DNA of 64,000 nucleotides from Haliotis rufescens (Eukaryota): NCBI RefSeq assembly GCF_023055435.1, contig NW_025964223.1, positions 39,680,001 to 39,744,000 of the forward strand, read 5' to 3'. Shown piece by piece: positions 35,961 to 49,546 of this stretch (position 1 is its first letter; each line of letters starts with the position of its first letter). The notes under the pieces were generated by a model. It saw only the letters and a program-made list of their open reading frames with translations, ran no database searches and was not told where the DNA came from. The position numbers and the translations under genes were made by a program.

Positions 35961-38900
35961 TTAAGTTGGGCAACCAATTGCCACATATATTGGCCCACAA
36001 GTGGTAGTTGTCATTTAGGCCGGCAGCGGTAGTTATCATGTCCCTGCTAGCGGTAGTTGCCACGATGTTTTTACAACATTAGCTGCTATTTTCTCCAAGC
36101 AGCAGTAGTTGCTTCCAGGGCCAAACAGTGGAAGTTATCATGTCACTGGCAGCGGAAGTTGCCACAATCCTTTTACAACGGTAGTTGCCTTAGGGCAGTA
36201 GAGGGAGCTGCTCATTGACATTGACAGAGGTAGTTGCCATGACAACAATAGCTTTTTGTGTAATTTACTAGAAGCTTAGTAGCACTAGGACCTGCACACC
36301 CTCAGCCCTTGTTCTAATTGGCAAGGGCGTCCTGTGTGTGGTAACCCATAACCCCCTCCCTCTCCTTGGTATAACGTGCAATAACTACTATTTATTTCAG
36401 GGGATATGCTTGTTGGTGGTGAAGGTGTGGCTATAAGGGGAGGTGGAGGCCACCTTTACTAGTAATTGTTTGCTTGTTAAAAAATAAATACAAATCTGGC
36501 ATTAATTTGGTTTTACTGTACAACTTAGCAATCATATTGAATCACTGGTGTTCATTGATAAGTATTTCATAAAGCCAAGTTTACTTCACTTATACATCTC
36601 TCTCTTGCTATTATTTTATTCAGTGGATATGTTTTGGTGGCGAAGGTTTGGCTATAAGGGGAGGTGGAGGCCACCTTTACTAGTAATTTTTTGCTTGTTA
36701 AAAGATAAATACAAATCTGCCAAATTTGGTTTTACTGCACAACTTAGCAATCATAACGAATCACTGATGTTTATTGATATGTATAATCTGCATGGTATGT
36801 ATATATATCAAAAATGTACAGACTGCCTGTTGTTTATTTGAACTGCCAGTAATTACCATGATTACTATTTTTTATTTCAGTGGATATGTTTTGGTGGTGA
36901 AGGTGTGGCTATATGGGGAGGTGGAGGCCACTTTAAGTGTAAAACAATGTATTTGTTTTCCCCTTGAAATATCTGACACACAATTAATAAGACAACTTAT
37001 TTTTTTATGGACTTAATAAATACGATTTTAATTGGAGGCACAATTTTGTCTTATGTTTTTATTCCCCTAATCAGGGAGTGAGTGAGTGGGTTGAGTTTAA
37101 CTCTGCTTTAGCCAGTGTTTCAGTCATATCACAGTGCGTCTGCTCAAAGTGACAGAGGCTTGTAGTGGTTTCCCACTAATGAAATGCATGAGCACTGTAC
37201 GAGGATGACAGGCTTAGTATTTTGATTGGAACAAGAGTGGTCTTTGAACCTGTGACAGGCAGGTCCTGGCATGACAAACACCACTGGGTCACACAAAGGA
37301 CTGTCACTAGGGAGAGAATCAGTCAGTATGATTCCCATTTGACATAGTTATCCAAATAACACAAATAAATGGTTCTAAATAAACACTGTTTACCAAGATT
37401 CATCAAGATCCAATTCCATTAGTAGTGAGGTAACAATAAAACAAATAATATTTTAGCATGCCTCAAAGTGAGAGTGAGCAATCAGAGAGCAGAACTACTG
37501 ACCCCACATGAGCCCGTATACCGTCAGTAAAAATCCAGGATGGTTGATACTGACCTAATATGTGACGTGTACCGTCAGTTACAGCCATTTTGGATTTTCC
37601 AACACCCACGTCACATATTTCACATGAAAATTCTGGTACAGAAGTTCGTTATTCGACACTGTTCTGTGTTTTAATATAATTAATTTTGATGTGCAAGGAC
37701 GTTAATATTTTTTTGGATCACCGTCATAATAAAGTGTATATAAAGTTAAAATTATCAACAAGGTTTGGCCTCTGGGGCTTGAAGAGTAGTCTCCCTTTGA
37801 TCCTTAACGTTGTTAGTGTTAGTTTTGAGTTTTAAGTTTTGACATGAAATTCGTTATGGTGTCTGTAGTTGCTGTATATTAGGTTATAGTTTGCAGAAAA
37901 ATATTGGGCTCGGCTGACGCTTCCCACTATTGAAATGCATGAGCACTGGTATGAGGCTGGCAGGCTACGTATCATGATTGGAACAAAAGTCGGCTGGTCA
38001 AAAAACCTTATCATTAAATACAAGCATGCTGTGGAGTATTTATGCCATTCCTGTAAGCTGCCTTGAGTAGGAAACAAAATATATAGCAGGAAAACTTGCC
38101 TTGAGTCATCAACACAGTGCTAAACCTCTCTCTGTGTGCACGAAAGTGTTGAGAGTGTTAAACAAAAATTATATTTTTACACATAACATCTTTTACATGA
38201 CGACAGTATTCACACTGTTCAGGCGGGTGAGTGAGTGAGCTGGGTCAAACACCGCTTAAAACAATATATTTTACTTATGGTGTGTCGGCTTAGTGTGGGA
38301 GGAAAGCCCATGGTGATGCAGGTCTCAGACGTTTACCACTTTGGGGTTACCCACTAGCATGGGTATGGTGCTGAGAAACCTAGAAACATAACCGGGGTGA
38401 ACCGGAGTTAAATCCACGTCTATAGGTTTCTGGCGTTTCTAAGGGACGCAACTCTTCACAGCGAATTGCGGCGCCTCAGACAACTGGTCCACCCTTGTCC
38501 CACCACTGATAAAAGTGAACATATGAGACTACAGTACACAAAGCAATAAACGTCAAACTTAAAAAATCTCTCAGATGATGATACTATCACAAATCTATTG
38601 CTGTAGCCTTTCGTGAAAGTTTTCACACCAATTATTTCTTTAATAGTCAATGAAGCGTATGTAAACTGAACAAAATCGCCCTTGGTATCTCTGGTAAATA
38701 TTACAATATATGAGTAATATATTTTACAATAACTACGGTTATTGTGTTTTCATATTAGCATAGTTTATAAACCTAACTCATATACAGAAAACACAGTGTG
38801 ATATTGAAACAATACCAAACATGTAACTATCATAGTCATACAGTAAAAATAACACCAAAGGCTCCCAGTACATAGGGATTACAAGTGTGGGCATTCATTT

Positions 38901-41900
38901 TACATATTCATCGAAAGCTAAGTGCACCTCATATATGCAACATGATTTCAACTAAATGAACAAATATACATGTAAATACACCAATAAACCATTAAATAAT
39001 GCACACACATATATAAAGTAAAAATAATGACTCTGTGAACCTGCTTACCTTGAACAGAGAAGGAACCTGTGAACACAGTGTTTGGAAGTGACGTTAACGC
39101 GGCGATAAACACGAAAAAACCAAGCCAAAGATGGAAAGAAATATAATCATCAATACTCTAAGTATATCACTGCTGCCTGGACATAATCGTCTGGGTAGAA
39201 GTCCCAGTGGTTGATACAATGAGCAATGATACAGCTGTCAGTTTACGATGACGCACCATTAACAAGGTCATATTCACAGTCCAAAAGTCAGAAAACCTGA
39301 GTCCAACAATATATTTTTGTCTTGCAAGTTAGTATATGATAACGGTATGTCATGTTTGTTTGACATCCATGTCAGCAGTCTGCAGTCTGTGTTTAAGTTT
39401 GTTTGTTTGTTTGTTGTTTAACGCCGCACTCAGCAATATTCCAGCCATATGACGGTGGTCTGTAAAAAATCGAATCTGAACCAGACAATCCAGTGATTGA
39501 TAACATGAGCATGGATCCACGCAATTGGGATACGATGACATGCATCAACCAAGTCAGCGAGCCTGACCACCCGCTCCCGTTAGTCGCCTCTTACGACAAG
39601 CATATAGTCACCTCTTTCGGCAATCATAGGTGCAGAAGACGTATTCTAACCCGGATCTACACGGGTCGGTATGTCATGTAAGTGAGTGGGTGACTTTTCA
39701 CGCCGCATTATACAGTTTTTCAGTTTACAAACGGCGTGTCTGCTCAGAATGGGAGGAAATCCAGAAGTGATGCAGGTCTGAGACTATTACATTTTGTAAA
39801 AGCCCACAATCACAGTGTGGTATTTACAAATAAAGGATATAATACTTGGGCCTATTTGGGATTCATTTTGTCAGAATAAGAATTGTGTATAAATAGGGGC
39901 GTGTTTATTTAATTATATGTATGTAACCATGGCGATTATGTTTCGCTTTTACTCTTACACACAAATATGAATGTAATCAGTCCCGTGTATACGGACAGCC
40001 GAATCGGAACCAATGGCGGCAAATGTAGGAAGTCGGCACTTCTAGTATAATAAAAGGATGAAGGTGACCCATTCGTCTAATGTACCGCAGGGTTGAAGCC
40101 TCCCCCCCCCCCTCCCCCCCTCCCCTTTCCGCCTAGACGCTAGGGTCGAGTTAAGAGGGTGTCGTTTGAGCCTACTACATCGGCTTCATGCACGAGCTTA
40201 ATTTTATGCCGGTTAAAAAACGAATGACACTTTTTTTAAAAATATGATATTATTAATTCCTTGAACATAAGATTTAATGGCCACTGTTCAAATCCCCAGA
40301 AAATGTACGTGTATTATGTACTCATTTCTTTCACCTGTTTCTTTATTCAGATAATTCAGTTTAAATAATCAACCCAGACTGACAAGCATGGGGAACCACT
40401 TATACATCCGATCGTCTTTAGGCACTTTCTCAAATATTCTTCACAAAAGACTTTTGATACAGACAACTGACTCTTGTATTATTTTGAATAAACATTTTCT
40501 TCAATCTTCATAGGCACCGTCATGTCACGTTTAAACCTAAAAGAGACTAACTCCTATTATCGCTAACGATTGTCATTGATGTTGCGCGATAATTTGCGGG
40601 TCTTCGTGTGAACGAGTTGACTAGTTTCCTTTCCGCCAGGCTCCGTCTCTACATGTTACAAAGTTGACGCAGCGCACAGAGAGTCGGCAACCAGCAGTAC
40701 ATTTTATTTAAATGTAAGTTTTATTTTGCGATTATGATTTAAATAATGTTCTACTGGATATAGAAGCATATTTCCATTCGTGAATACAAAAAACGTTTGG
40801 TTCAAATCTATTTCCGGTGTTGCTACGGTAACAGTTCAAAACAAGTTCAAGACCCGGCTCCTACGATTCTTCGTTGACAGAAGCGTATCGTTGCTATTTC
40901 AGTTGTTATTTTAACAGATTTCAGAGACCTGTTTGAGTTCAAGTGCCTTCTTGTTTCTGCAGACAGGTTTGTAGATGTTATTTTGTATGAATTCCTTTTG
41001 GTTTCTCCCGAAATGTCTCTGGATTTTTGTTGTTGGAATTGTAAACAAAACAGGCCATCTTTGACAACCAGCAAATATTCAACATTTTGAAGCCCATTTT
41101 GCTTACGTTTTCCTTAAGATTACTGTTGTATTATCTATTCCTTGATTTACCAGCTTGTTTGCCTATCATATTTAGACGCACGTTGTAAGTATTTCGGTAA
41201 TTCTGGAGCCACCACGGTTGTTTCGACCCCCAAATTGACCTCAATTCTGATCATGTTTATGAACGGCCCCACACAAAAACGTCATCGATTCACCTAAACA
41301 GCAGTCTGTGTCTTTAGCCACCAGTCCGTAGCCCAAGTCTAGTAAACCTTTCTTTCAGTCTAGTAAGCTTTGCTAATAAAGGTCCATACATGAACACTAA
41401 GATGATCTTAGATCTACTGAAAATGATGGGGTGTTGTCTAAACCGTCATCGGTTTCTGTGGGCTAAAACGCTAAAGCTTTGTTTCGCAAAAAAAAGTCTA
41501 GGGAAGATCCATCAAACTGACAGGTTTTGGCAAGCAGCAAGTTACTGCCACAGTCTGTCAAACGCACTGTGATATTTTCCAGTCCCTGTGCTTTCGAAAA
41601 TTGAGAATGATGTCTTAGGCCTTCAAAAGGCCTAATAATATTTTTAGTCAGATTTGGTTGGAATCCTAACTGCACATCAAGTCCAGTATTCTTCTGTTCC
41701 TGATTTCAAACTACTTTCATTATTTAATGATGATACATGTGATATAGAAGAATGTCCTTTGAAAGGTTGATCAAATGATGAAAATTTACTCATGTCATTT
41801 AATTGATATCTCAAATCAAAAGTCAGTAACTATGTCGAACGACTATGAATGTACATTACCAGTGACTATACATATTCCATACTTTTATGTTCTATTGCAG

Positions 41901-42694
41901 TTATTTCTTTTTTCCTCTTTATTTCTATTCTTATTATTCTCTTTCTTCTAAACAGATACTTTTTGTGGACTTGTTTAAATAAAGATGAATTATGACAATA
42001 TTATAATTTTCTCACCCTGTTACAGGTCCTAGGTTGTTTTTTTTATTACCTCATTGTCATTACTACATGCCTAGCAAGTGTGGGAGACATGTACTTTGCC
42101 GCTCACACTGTCTTCATAACGACTTTTGGTATTTAGCTTTTAGCCATGAAATATGCTTATAGTTATAACATAAAAGCATCTTTCGATATAAAAAAGCCCA
42201 CTCTATTTATACTGATAAAACATCAAGATGTTATAAGTAACTTCATGTCTATCTTGTTGACAGGTTTCTGTTGTTGTGATCGATTATCTGGATTCTACAG
42301 TTTTTCCTGTGTTTCACCTTGATCTGGTGCAAAGATCAACTCTAGAGGTATTCTCATCTAAACAACACACATAATATTGACATGTCCAACTTCAAAACAC
42401 AAGAACTCTAGCTTTTACATTCATCGAGGCAGGGTTTTTAGATTGGTTCACTTCCAAGACATTGATTGTCATCTAAAATGTCCAACAGATTGTTTAAAAT
42501 TTGGTATATATTTATATATAGTTGATAAAATGATGAAAATGTCCTCAAGCCAATTGTCTCCATCAAAATCCCTGTATAAGTATACAATGTAAACCACTCA
42601 TGTAAACAAGCTTAACACGTGTCAATACCTGTATTTTGTCCTTTGTGTGAAATGAATCTAAATAAATCCCACATTGATACTTCAGAGACACAAC

Positions 42695-43705
42695 ATGCTG
42701 TGTCCCAGTGAGAGTTGGGTGAACCTGGATGACCCTCCCTGCCCCGAAACTGATGCTGTCATCCCCTCCAGTCCTACAATGAGGTCCACCAGCTTAATAT
42801 GCCCCACCCCTAGATCCTCCATCTTCTACAATAGCATCCTACAACAGTTTGAACAACCTATTTCCTTCCCATCCTTCATCCCAAACCAGTATCTGAATAT
42901 TCATAATGCAGGTTTTTTCAGTCCAAATACTAGTGTGCTTCATTCAGACTATCCTAACTTTACTTCTAACTGTACTGATTTCGATGTTTCCACCTTCCAG
43001 CCTCTACAAGTTGACAGCGCATGCAGCCTACATCAAGAAACAATCAGCCAGACTTCATTGGGCCCGGGTTTCGATGTTTCCAGCTTCCAGCCTCTTCCAG
43101 TTGACAGTGAATGCAGTCTTGATCTTACAACAATTAGCCAGACTTCATTGGGCCCGGATTTTGATGATTCTACATTCCAGCCGCTTCCAATTGACAGTGA
43201 ATGCAGCATAGGTGAAGCAGCAATCAGCCAGGCATCATTGGGCCCAGATATCGCTGTTTCGAGCTTCCAGCCTCTTCCGGTCGACAGTGAATGCAGCCTG
43301 GATCTACCAACAATCAGCGAGACGTCATTGGGCCCAGATTTTGATGATTCAACATTCAGGAAGCTTCAGGTTGACAGTGCTTGCAGCCTAGATCAAGCAT
43401 CAATCAGCCAGACGCCATCGGGCCCTGAGTTTCATGATTCCACCTTCAGGCTGCCTTCAATTACCAGTGCATGCAGTCTAGATGAAGAAACAATCAGCCA
43501 GACGTCATTGGGCCAAGATTTGGATGATTCCATCTTCAGCAGTGAAAGCAACCTGTCACAAGACTACAGCCAGACTTTGATGAAATCCATTGTCAGCTCT
43601 GTTCCTGGGAGCAGTGGTTCCAGCCTGTCTCGGACCATCAGCCAAGTATCAAGTATTGAGGATTTCAGTGAATCCATCCTCATAGCCTATTCCTTTCAGC
43701 TGTGA
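42695..43705 (+). CDS. Ser-rich repeat protein copy 4, short form (336 aa)
   Basis: Intact ORF with the same 255-bp deletion as copies 2 and 3. Confidence 0.65.
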   Translation: MLCPSESWVNLDDPPCPETDAVIPSSPTMRSTSLICPTPRSSIFYNSILQQFEQPISFPSFIPNQYLNIHNAGFFSPNTSVLHSDYPNFTSNCTDFDVSTFQPLQVDSACSLHQETISQTSLGPGFDVSSFQPLPVDSECSLDLTTISQTSLGPDFDDSTFQPLPIDSECSIGEAAISQASLGPDIAVSSFQPLPVDSECSLDLPTISETSLGPDFDDSTFRKLQVDSACSLDQASISQTPSGPEFHDSTFRLPSITSACSLDEETISQTSLGQDLDDSIFSSESNLSQDYSQTLMKSIVSSVPGSSGSSLSRTISQVSSIEDFSESILIAYSFQL

Positions 43706-44154
43706 ATCCAGTCACAAGATATCAGCCAGAATGAATGAAAGTTTTGGCGAGAGCTCAATTTAAACTTTATCCCAGATTGCCCAGTTTCTTTTTGAAATAT
43801 ACTAAACATGTAAAAGCAGAAAGAAACGATTTACCATTACCATACCCCCCCCCCCCCCTTCTGCACTTGTAATGCATTTTCTCATTTCGGGTTTCTTTTG
43901 TATTTCTACAGATTTCTTCCTTGAATTAGTCCCAGGATAATAATCTAATGAAGGTTGCAGTAGCTCTCCTGCTGTGGACCTTGGCTTCATTTCATTTCAG
44001 ATCTATTCAGGTGCCATTACTGTGTCGAGCAACAGAGATCCAAGATCTAGCTCCAGCCAAAACTCGATCCACCTTGGTGACCCCTTCCTTGGCTCAGGAC
44101 TCAAGATTTAGTTTGAACTTCATGTATATCCACCTGCCCTTCTACTCTTTTCAG

Positions 44155-44319
44155 GGGCGGTCGGGTAGCCTAGTGGTTAAAGCGTTCGCTCGTCACGCTG
44201 AAGACCCGGGTTCGATTCCTGACATGGGTACAATGTGTGAAGCCCATTTCTGGTGTCCCCCGCCGTGATATTGCTGGAATATTGCTAAAAGCGGCGTAAA
44301 ACCATACTCACTCACTCAC
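44155..44319 (+). mobile_element. Full-length tRNA-derived SINE with (ACTC)n tail
   Basis: A and B boxes present, tail ACTCACTCACTCAC, 14-bp TSD TCTACTCTTTTCAG (44141-44154 / 44320-44333). Empty site at ~53894. Confidence 0.92.
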
Positions 44320-47300
44320 TCTACTCTTTTCAGAAACTCTTAAATGATTGTCCCAAATACAAGCTGCTGGAACCATAACCTGATTCTGTGAAAGAGATTT
44401 GTCAGTGACATGATTCCCAGTCTCACTGGTAGCCAATGCAGTTCTTTCAGGACTGGTGTTATGTGGTTGGGAATTAAGCATTGTGTGATGAACCTGACGC
44501 CTGTATTTAGCACACACTGTATCTCGTGCAAATGACTTTGCTGAATGTCCTGCAGAAGATATTATTATAAGATTAAAGCACAAAATGCAGCAAATTGGGT
44601 TTGGGTGATCCTGGCACAGTCAGGCTGGTTAGGCTTATAATCAGCTCAGGGTTCTTGCCCCCTCTACACCCAGCCCAGACAGCAAATGGGACTTCTCCCA
44701 GGAAGCACTGCCTAGTCAAACCCACTAAGAATGTTTTGGAGAAAGTGAAAACTCCCCAACACTGCAACCTTCTGCAATACACATATTGTCAGAAGGGCTT
44801 TATTCCTAGCAACAAACCTGAGTACTCTCCCAATTTCAGTCAACAGATTGGGAGGTACCAAACCTAAGGCACCGAGAACAATGAGGAGTTGTCAACTTGG
44901 TTCTTGGGATGTAAGTGTGACATTTCGAAAGCGAGGTCTGCATATTTGCCATGTTTTTCCTCAATCTTGTTAATCACACTAGTGTCAAAAGGGACAGAAA
45001 ATTCAATAACAGAAATGATTTCACTAGACTTTTCAGGTTTGTCAGGTTTGTTGGCCTGGACAGGTGTGAGGCTGTATACTGGCCTATTCCAAAGATTTTT
45101 GTATTGATGATTTTCTATGACGCCCTCTACATATTGTTGGTCTGCTGTGGGTGGATTTGACTGATCTGGCACAGTCAGGCTTGTTAGGCTCATCATCAGC
45201 TCAGGGTCCTTGCCTCCTCTACATGTTGCCCAGACAGCAAATGGGACTTCTCCCAGGAAGGGCTGCCAAGTCAAACCGTCCCAGAACGTTTCTGAGAATG
45301 TTAAGACTCCCTAACACTGCAGCCTTCTGCATTACCCAGATTGTCAGAAGGGCTGTATTTCTGGCAACAAACCCGGGTACTCTCCAAATGTCAGTCAACA
45401 GATTTGGAGGTACTAAGGCACCAAGAACAATGGGGAGCAACCAATTGCCACGTATATTGGCCCACAAGTGGTAGTTGTCATTTAGGCCGGCAGCGGTAGT
45501 TATCATGTCCCTGCTAGCGGTAGTTGCCATGATGTTTTTTACAATATTAGCTGCTATTTTCTCCAAGCAGCAGTAGTTGCTTCCAGGGCCGAACAGTGGA
45601 AGTTATCATGTCACTGGCAGCGGAAGTTGCCACAATCCTTTTACAACGGTAGTTGCCTTAGGGCAGTAGAGGGAGCTGCTCATTGACATTGACAGAGGTA
45701 GTTGCCATGACAACAGTAGCTTTTTGTGTAATTTACTAGAAGCTTAGTAGCACTAGGACCTGCACACCCTCAGCCAATGTTCTAATTGGCAAGGGCGTCC
45801 TGTGTGTGGTAACCCATAACCCCCTCCCTCTCCTTGGTATAACGTGCAAAAACTACTATTTATTTCAGAGGATATGCTTGTTGGTGGTGAAGGTGTGGCT
45901 ATAAGGGGGGGTGGAGGCCACCTTTACTAGTAATTGTTTGCTTGTTAAAAAATAAATACAAATCTGGCATTAATTTGGTTTTACTGTACAACTTAGCAAT
46001 CATATTGAATCACTGGTGTTCATTGATAAGTATTTCATAAAGCCAAGTTTACTTCACTTATACATCTCTCTCTTGCTATTATTTTATTCAGTGGATATGT
46101 TTTGGTGGCGAAGGTGTGGCTATAAGGGGAGGTGGAGGCCACCTTTACTAGTAATTTTTTGCTTGTTAAAAGATAAATACAAATCTGCCAAATTTGGTTT
46201 TACTGCACAACTTAGCAATCATAACGAATCACTGATGTTTATTGATATGTATAATCTGCATGGTAAGTATATATATCAACAATGTACAGACTGCCTGTTG
46301 TTTATTTGAACTGCCAGTAACTACCATGATTACTATTTTTTATTTCAGTGGATATGTTTTGGTGGTGAAGGTGTGGCTATATGGGGAGGTGGAGGCCACT
46401 TTAAGTGTAAAACAATGTATTTGTTTTCCCCTTGAAATATCTGACACACAATAAATAAGACAACTTATTTTTTTATGGACTTAATAAATACGATTTTAAT
46501 TGGAGGCACAATTTTTTCTTATGTTTTTATTCCCCTAATCAGTGAGTGAGTTGAGTTTAACTCTGCTTTAGCCAGTGTTTCAGTCATATCACAGTGCGTC
46601 TGCTCAAAGTGACAGAGGCTTGTAGTGGTTTCCCACTAATGAAATGCATGAGCACTGTACGAGGATGACAGGCTTAGTATTTTGATTGGAACAAGAGTGG
46701 TCTTTGAACCTGTGACAGGCAGGTCCTGGCATGACAAACACCACTGGGCCACACAAAGGACTGTCACTAGGGAGAGAATCAGTCAGTATGATTCCCATTT
46801 GACATAGTTATCCAAATAACACAAATAAATGGTTCTGAATAAACACTGTTTACCAAGATTCGTCAAGATCCAATTCCATTAGTAGTGAGGTAACAATAAA
46901 ACAAATAATATTTTAGCATGCCTCAAAGTGAGATTGAGCAATCAGAGAGCAGAACTACTGACCCCACATGAGCCCGTATACCGTCAGTAAAAATCCAGGA
47001 TGGTTGATACTGACCTAATATGTGACGTGTACCGTCAGTTACAGCCATTTTGGATTTTCCAACATCCACGTCACACATTCACATGACAATACTGGAACAG
47101 AAGTTCGTTATTCGACACTGTTCTGTGTTTTAATATAATTAATTTTGATGTGCAAGGAGGTTAATATTTTTGTGGATCACCGTCATGATAAAGAGTATAT
47201 AAAGTTAAAATTATCAACAAGGTTTGGCCTCTGGGGCTTGAAGAGTAGTCTCCCTTTGACCCTTAACGTTGTCAGTGTTAGGTTTTGACACGACGCGCGA

Positions 47301-49514
47301 CAAACATACCAAAAAGTGTATACTTTTAGGCATAATAAAATCCTTATGGTGCCTTTAGTTGCCGTATACGTTGTCATAACAGGTTAGCAGACCGCTATTG
47401 AAATGCATGACCATTGCTATGAGGCTGGCAGGCTATACATATCATGATTGGAACAAAAGTGGGCTGGTCAAAGAACCTTATCTTTAAATACAAGCATGCT
47501 GTGAAGTAATTATGCCATTCCTGTAAGCTGCCTTGAGTAGGAACAAAATATATAGCAGGAAATCTTCCCTAGAGTCATCAACACAGTGCTAAAACTCTCT
47601 CTGTGTGCCCGAAAGTGTTGAGAGTGTTAAACAATAATTATATTTTTACCCTTAACATCTTTTACATGATGACAGTACATTATGTGTTCACACTGTTAAG
47701 GCGGGTGAATTAGTGAGTGAGTGAGTGAGCTGGGTCAAACACCGCTTAAAACAATATTTTGACTTATGGTGTGTCGGCTTAGTGTGGGAGGAAAGCCCAT
47801 GGTGATGCAGGTCTCAGACGTTTACCACTTTGGTGAAACCCAACGAGCATGGGTATGGTGCTGAGAAACCTAGAAACATAACCGTTGTGAACCGGAATTA
47901 AATCCTGGTTTCTGGCGTTTCTAAGGGACGCAACTCTTCACAGCGAATTGCGGCGCCTCAGACAACTGGTCCGCCCTTGTCCCACCACTGATAAAAGTGA
48001 ACCTATGAGACTACAGTACACAAAGCAATAAACGTCAAACTTAAAAAATCACACAGATGATGATACTATCACAAATCTGTTGCTGTAGCCTTTCGTGAAA
48101 GTTTACACACCAATTATTTCTTTAATAGTCAATGAAGCGTACATAAACTTCTGAAAAATTCACCCTTGGTTATTGTAGCGAAGTGTCTAGTTCACATGCT
48201 GGAATTCAAGGTGTCTTTAAAAATGTAGGTGATATTTAGGTCTTCAGCAACCGCTGCTTGCTGTAAAAGGCGACTGTGCTTGTCGTAAGATGCGACTAAC
48301 GGGATCGGACGGTCAGGCTGACTGACTTGGTTGATGCATGTCATCGACCCCAATTGTGTGGATTGATGCACATGATATCAATCACTGCACTGTCTGCGAC
48401 GTTAATCAACAAACAAACAAACAAACAAACAAACAAACAAACAAATATTATACCTGGAAACATTGAAAGGAGGAGGAAATCGTGAGCACAGTGTTTTGGC
48501 GTGATTCCATTTATTAACGTGCAAATTATCATTATAATTACAAACTAATTACAAACATGTTATCCTAAACAAAATGCAATAAGACAAATAAATGAAAGAA
48601 ATATAATCATCAATTCTCTAAGTATATCACTGCTGCCTGGACATAATCGTCTGGGTAGAAGTCCCAGTGGTTGATACCATGAGCAATGATACAGCTGTCA
48701 GTTAACGATGACGCACCATTAACAAGGTCATATTCACAGTCCAAAAGTCAGAAAACCTGAGTCCAACAATATACTTTTGTCTTGCAAGTTAGTATATGAT
48801 AACAGTATGTCATGTTTGTTTGTTGTTTAACTCCGCACTCAGCAATATTCCAGCCATATGACGGTGGTCTGTAAATAATCGAATCTGGACCAGACAATCC
48901 AGTGATTGATAACATGAGCATGGATCCACGCAATTGGGATACGATGACATGCATCAACCAAGTCAGCGAGCCTGACCATCCGATCCCGTTAGTCGCCTCT
49001 TACGACAAGCATATAGTCACCTCTTTCGGCAATCATAGGTGCAGAAGACGTATTCTAACCCGGATCTACACGGTCGGTATGTCATGTAAGTGAGCGGGTG
49101 ACTTTTCACGCCGCATTATACAGTATTTCAGTTTACAAACGGCGTGTCTGCTCAGAATGGGAGGAAATCCAGAAGTGATGCAGGTCTGAGACTATTACAT
49201 TTTGTAAAAGCACACAATCACAGTGTGGTATTTACAAATAAAGGATATAATACTTGGGCCTATTTGGGATTCATTTTGTCAGAATAAGAATTGTGTATAA
49301 ATAAGGGCGTGTTTATTTAATTATATGTATGTAACCATGGCAATTATGTTTCGCTTTTACACTTACACACAAATATGAATGTAATCAGTCCCGTGTATAC
49401 GGACAGCCGAATCGGAACCAATGGCGGCAAATGTAGGAAGTCGGCACTTCTAGTATAATAAAAGGATGAAGGTGACCCATTCGTCTAATGTACCGCAGGG
49501 TTGAAACCTCCTCC

Positions 49515-49546
<32 letters not shown>

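Noticed and set aside
44155-44230. A tRNA gene
   Set aside because: It has A/B boxes but continues into a SINE body, a simple-repeat tail and a TSD.
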